The translations under genes were made by a program, and so were the position numbers. 64,000 nt of DNA from Gemmatimonadota bacterium (GTDB lineage Bacteria; Gemmatimonadota; Gemmatimonadetes; Longimicrobiales; Gaopeijiaceae). Numbering within the stretch: the stretch's first letter is position 1; the number at the start of each line of letters is the position of its first letter. Shown here one piece after another: positions 62,315 through 64,000 of this stretch. The stretch is taken from assembly GCA_034521595.1 (NCBI GenBank), contig JAXHMG010000003.1, forward strand, positions 2,528,001 through 2,592,000. The letters are read 5' to 3'. Below the pieces are notes generated by a model. It saw nothing but the letters and a program-made list of their open reading frames with translations, did no database searches and was not told where the DNA came from.

Positions 62315-63520
62315 TCAGAGCGCCTCGACGATTACCGCGCCGCCCTGTCCACCTCCGATGCAGGCCGACCCCAAGCCGAAACGCTCACCGCGCCTTCTCA
62401 GCTCGTGGAGGAGATGAATGGTGATGCGCGCTCCCGAAGCAGCCAAAGGATGCGTGATGGCGATGGCGCCTCCGTCCACGTTGGTCTTGTCGGGATCGAG
62501 ACCCAACTCCTTCTCGACGGACTTGTATTGGGGCGCGAACGCTTCGTTGACCTCGACGAGGTCCATGTCGTCCAGGGACAGGCCCGCCTTCTCGAGCGCG
62601 AGACGCGCGGCCGGCGCGGGCCCGATGCCCATGACCTTGGGCTCGACACCCACGAAGCCCCACGACACGATACGCCCGAGGGGCTCGAGCCCGTTCGCCT
62701 CGGCCCAGTCGGACCCCGCGAGCACCGCGCTCGCGGCCCCGTCCCCGATGCCGCTCGCGTTCCCAGCGGTCACGAAGCCGTCCTTACGGAAGAACGGACG
62801 GAGCTTCGCGAGCATCTCCATCGTCGTATCCGGACGCATGTGCTCGTCCGCCGCGTACTCCGTTTCGCCCTTTCGGGTCTTCACCGTGACGGGCACGATC
62901 TCCGCGTCGAACCGACCCTCATCCCATGCCGCCTTGGCCCGCTGCTGCGAACGGTACGCCACCTCGTCGGCCTCCTCCCGCGCGACGCCGTAGCGGTCGG
63001 CCAACTCCTCGGCCGTCTGGGCCATCGTCAGGTCACAGTTGGTATCGAGCAGCGCCTGCCAGAGAAGATCCTCGAACTGCTCGCCGGCCGGCCCTAGACG
63101 CATGCGGCCCCACCGGGCGCCGCGCACCACGTGCGGCGCCTGGCTCATGGACTCGGTTCCACCCGCCAGGCATACGTTCGCCTCCCCGAGCACGATCTCC
63201 TTTGCTCCCTGAACAAGCGCCTCGAAGCCGGACCCGCACAGGCGGTTCACCGTGAGCGCCGGCTTCTCCTGCGGAACCCCGGTACGAAGGGCCACGTGCC
63301 GAGCCAGATAAATCGCGTCCGAGGACGTCTGGAGCGCGTTCCCGAAGAAGGTGTGGTCGACCGCGTCTTCCGGGACGCCGGCCTCTTCGATCGCCGCAGT
63401 GCTGCTGACGACGCCGAGGTCGGTCGCCGTGAAGTCCTTGAGGGTTCCCCCGAACGTACCGAAGCCGGTGCGCTTCCCCGAAAGGATGACGACGTCGCGT
63501 GAATGTCCCTGAGTGGTCAT
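62315..63520 (-). CDS. Acetyl-CoA C-acyltransferase (thiolase)
   Basis: NRLCGSG, NEAFA, HPLAASG, CIGGGQG. Confidence 0.95.
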   Translation of the reverse strand: MTTQGHSRDVVILSGKRTGFGTFGGTLKDFTATDLGVVSSTAAIEEAGVPEDAVDHTFFGNALQTSSDAIYLARHVALRTGVPQEKPALTVNRLCGSGFEALVQGAKEIVLGEANVCLAGGTESMSQAPHVVRGARWGRMRLGPAGEQFEDLLWQALLDTNCDLTMAQTAEELADRYGVAREEADEVAYRSQQRAKAAWDEGRFDAEIVPVTVKTRKGETEYAADEHMRPDTTMEMLAKLRPFFRKDGFVTAGNASGIGDGAASAVLAGSDWAEANGLEPLGRIVSWGFVGVEPKVMGIGPAPAARLALEKAGLSLDDMDLVEVNEAFAPQYKSVEKELGLDPDKTNVDGGAIAITHPLAASGARITIHLLHELRRRGERFGLGSACIGGGQGGAVIVEAL

Positions 63521-63618
63521 GAATCCCCTGATCCGTTGGTGAACGTACGTTCTCTTCTTCTCTGGTCCGGTCGTGCGCGATCAGCTACCCCGGGGAAACG
63601 ACGCGGTTCACCCGAGCG

Positions 63619-64000
63619 TCAACCGCGAAGGCGGCTCACGATCCAGTCCCCCACCTCGCTGGTACGGAGCGTGCCCCCGAGATCGGGCGTGCATTGGCCC
63701 TCGGAAATGGACGCGACAACCGCTTCGTGCACGCGCTCGGCTTCCCTCGTGTCCCCGAAATGTGCCAGGAGCAGCCCCGCGCTACGGATGGCACCGACGG
63801 GATTCGCGACGCCCTCGCCCGCGATGTCCGGTGCGGAACCGTGCACGGGCTCGAACAGCGCGTGACGCCCCGGATGGAGGTTGGCGGAGGGCGCGAGCCC
63901 GAGCCCGCCCGTGATCTCGGCGGCAAGGTCGCTCACGATGTCTCCGAACAAGTTCGGCGCCACGATGACGTCGTATCGTCCAGGACGCCGTACCAGATCC
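63619..64000 (-). CDS. Isocitrate/isopropylmalate dehydrogenase family protein, 3' part only
   Basis: NLFGDIVSD, FEPVHGSAPDIAG, TPDLGG; runs off the right edge. Confidence 0.9.
   Translation of the reverse strand, partial: DLVRRPGRYDVIVAPNLFGDIVSDLAAEITGGLGLAPSANLHPGRHALFEPVHGSAPDIAGEGVANPVGAIRSAGLLLAHFGDTREAERVHEAVVASISEGQCTPDLGGTLRTSEVGDWIVSRLRG

Overview
High-GC bacterial chromosomal window, mostly housekeeping and metabolic genes. The gene content suggests a Gemmatimonadota (Longimicrobiales-like) genome, but this is an inference and not verified. Recognisable genes include cutA, folE, nfo, fumC, trxB, mlaEFD, rho, thyX, ackA, namZ, type III glnA, gyrB, recF, ssb, rpsU, a thiolase/hbd pair and a glycosyltransferase/ABC-flippase cluster. 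I saw no tRNA, rRNA, CRISPR array, prophage or transposase. The most notable signals are: (1) two copies of a ~270-bp structured MITE with 30-bp terminal inverted repeats, both inserted frame-neutrally inside genes (+276 bp in a lipoprotein signal peptide; +273 bp in a PAS/GAF sensor kinase, now split only by one junction TAG); (2) three copies of a hairpin element with a conserved core and covarying outer stems downstream of rho; (3) a probable 6S RNA directly upstream of a PTPS-II/folE/SDR operon that looks like a tetrahydrobiopterin pathway; (4) a block of four unknown genes between ssb and rpsU, including two paralogues of an unnamed 'LPPFxVWVxD' domain flanking a small RHH-like protein. 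Start codons were trimmed by eye from the ORF track, and all functional calls come from motif recognition without database searches.
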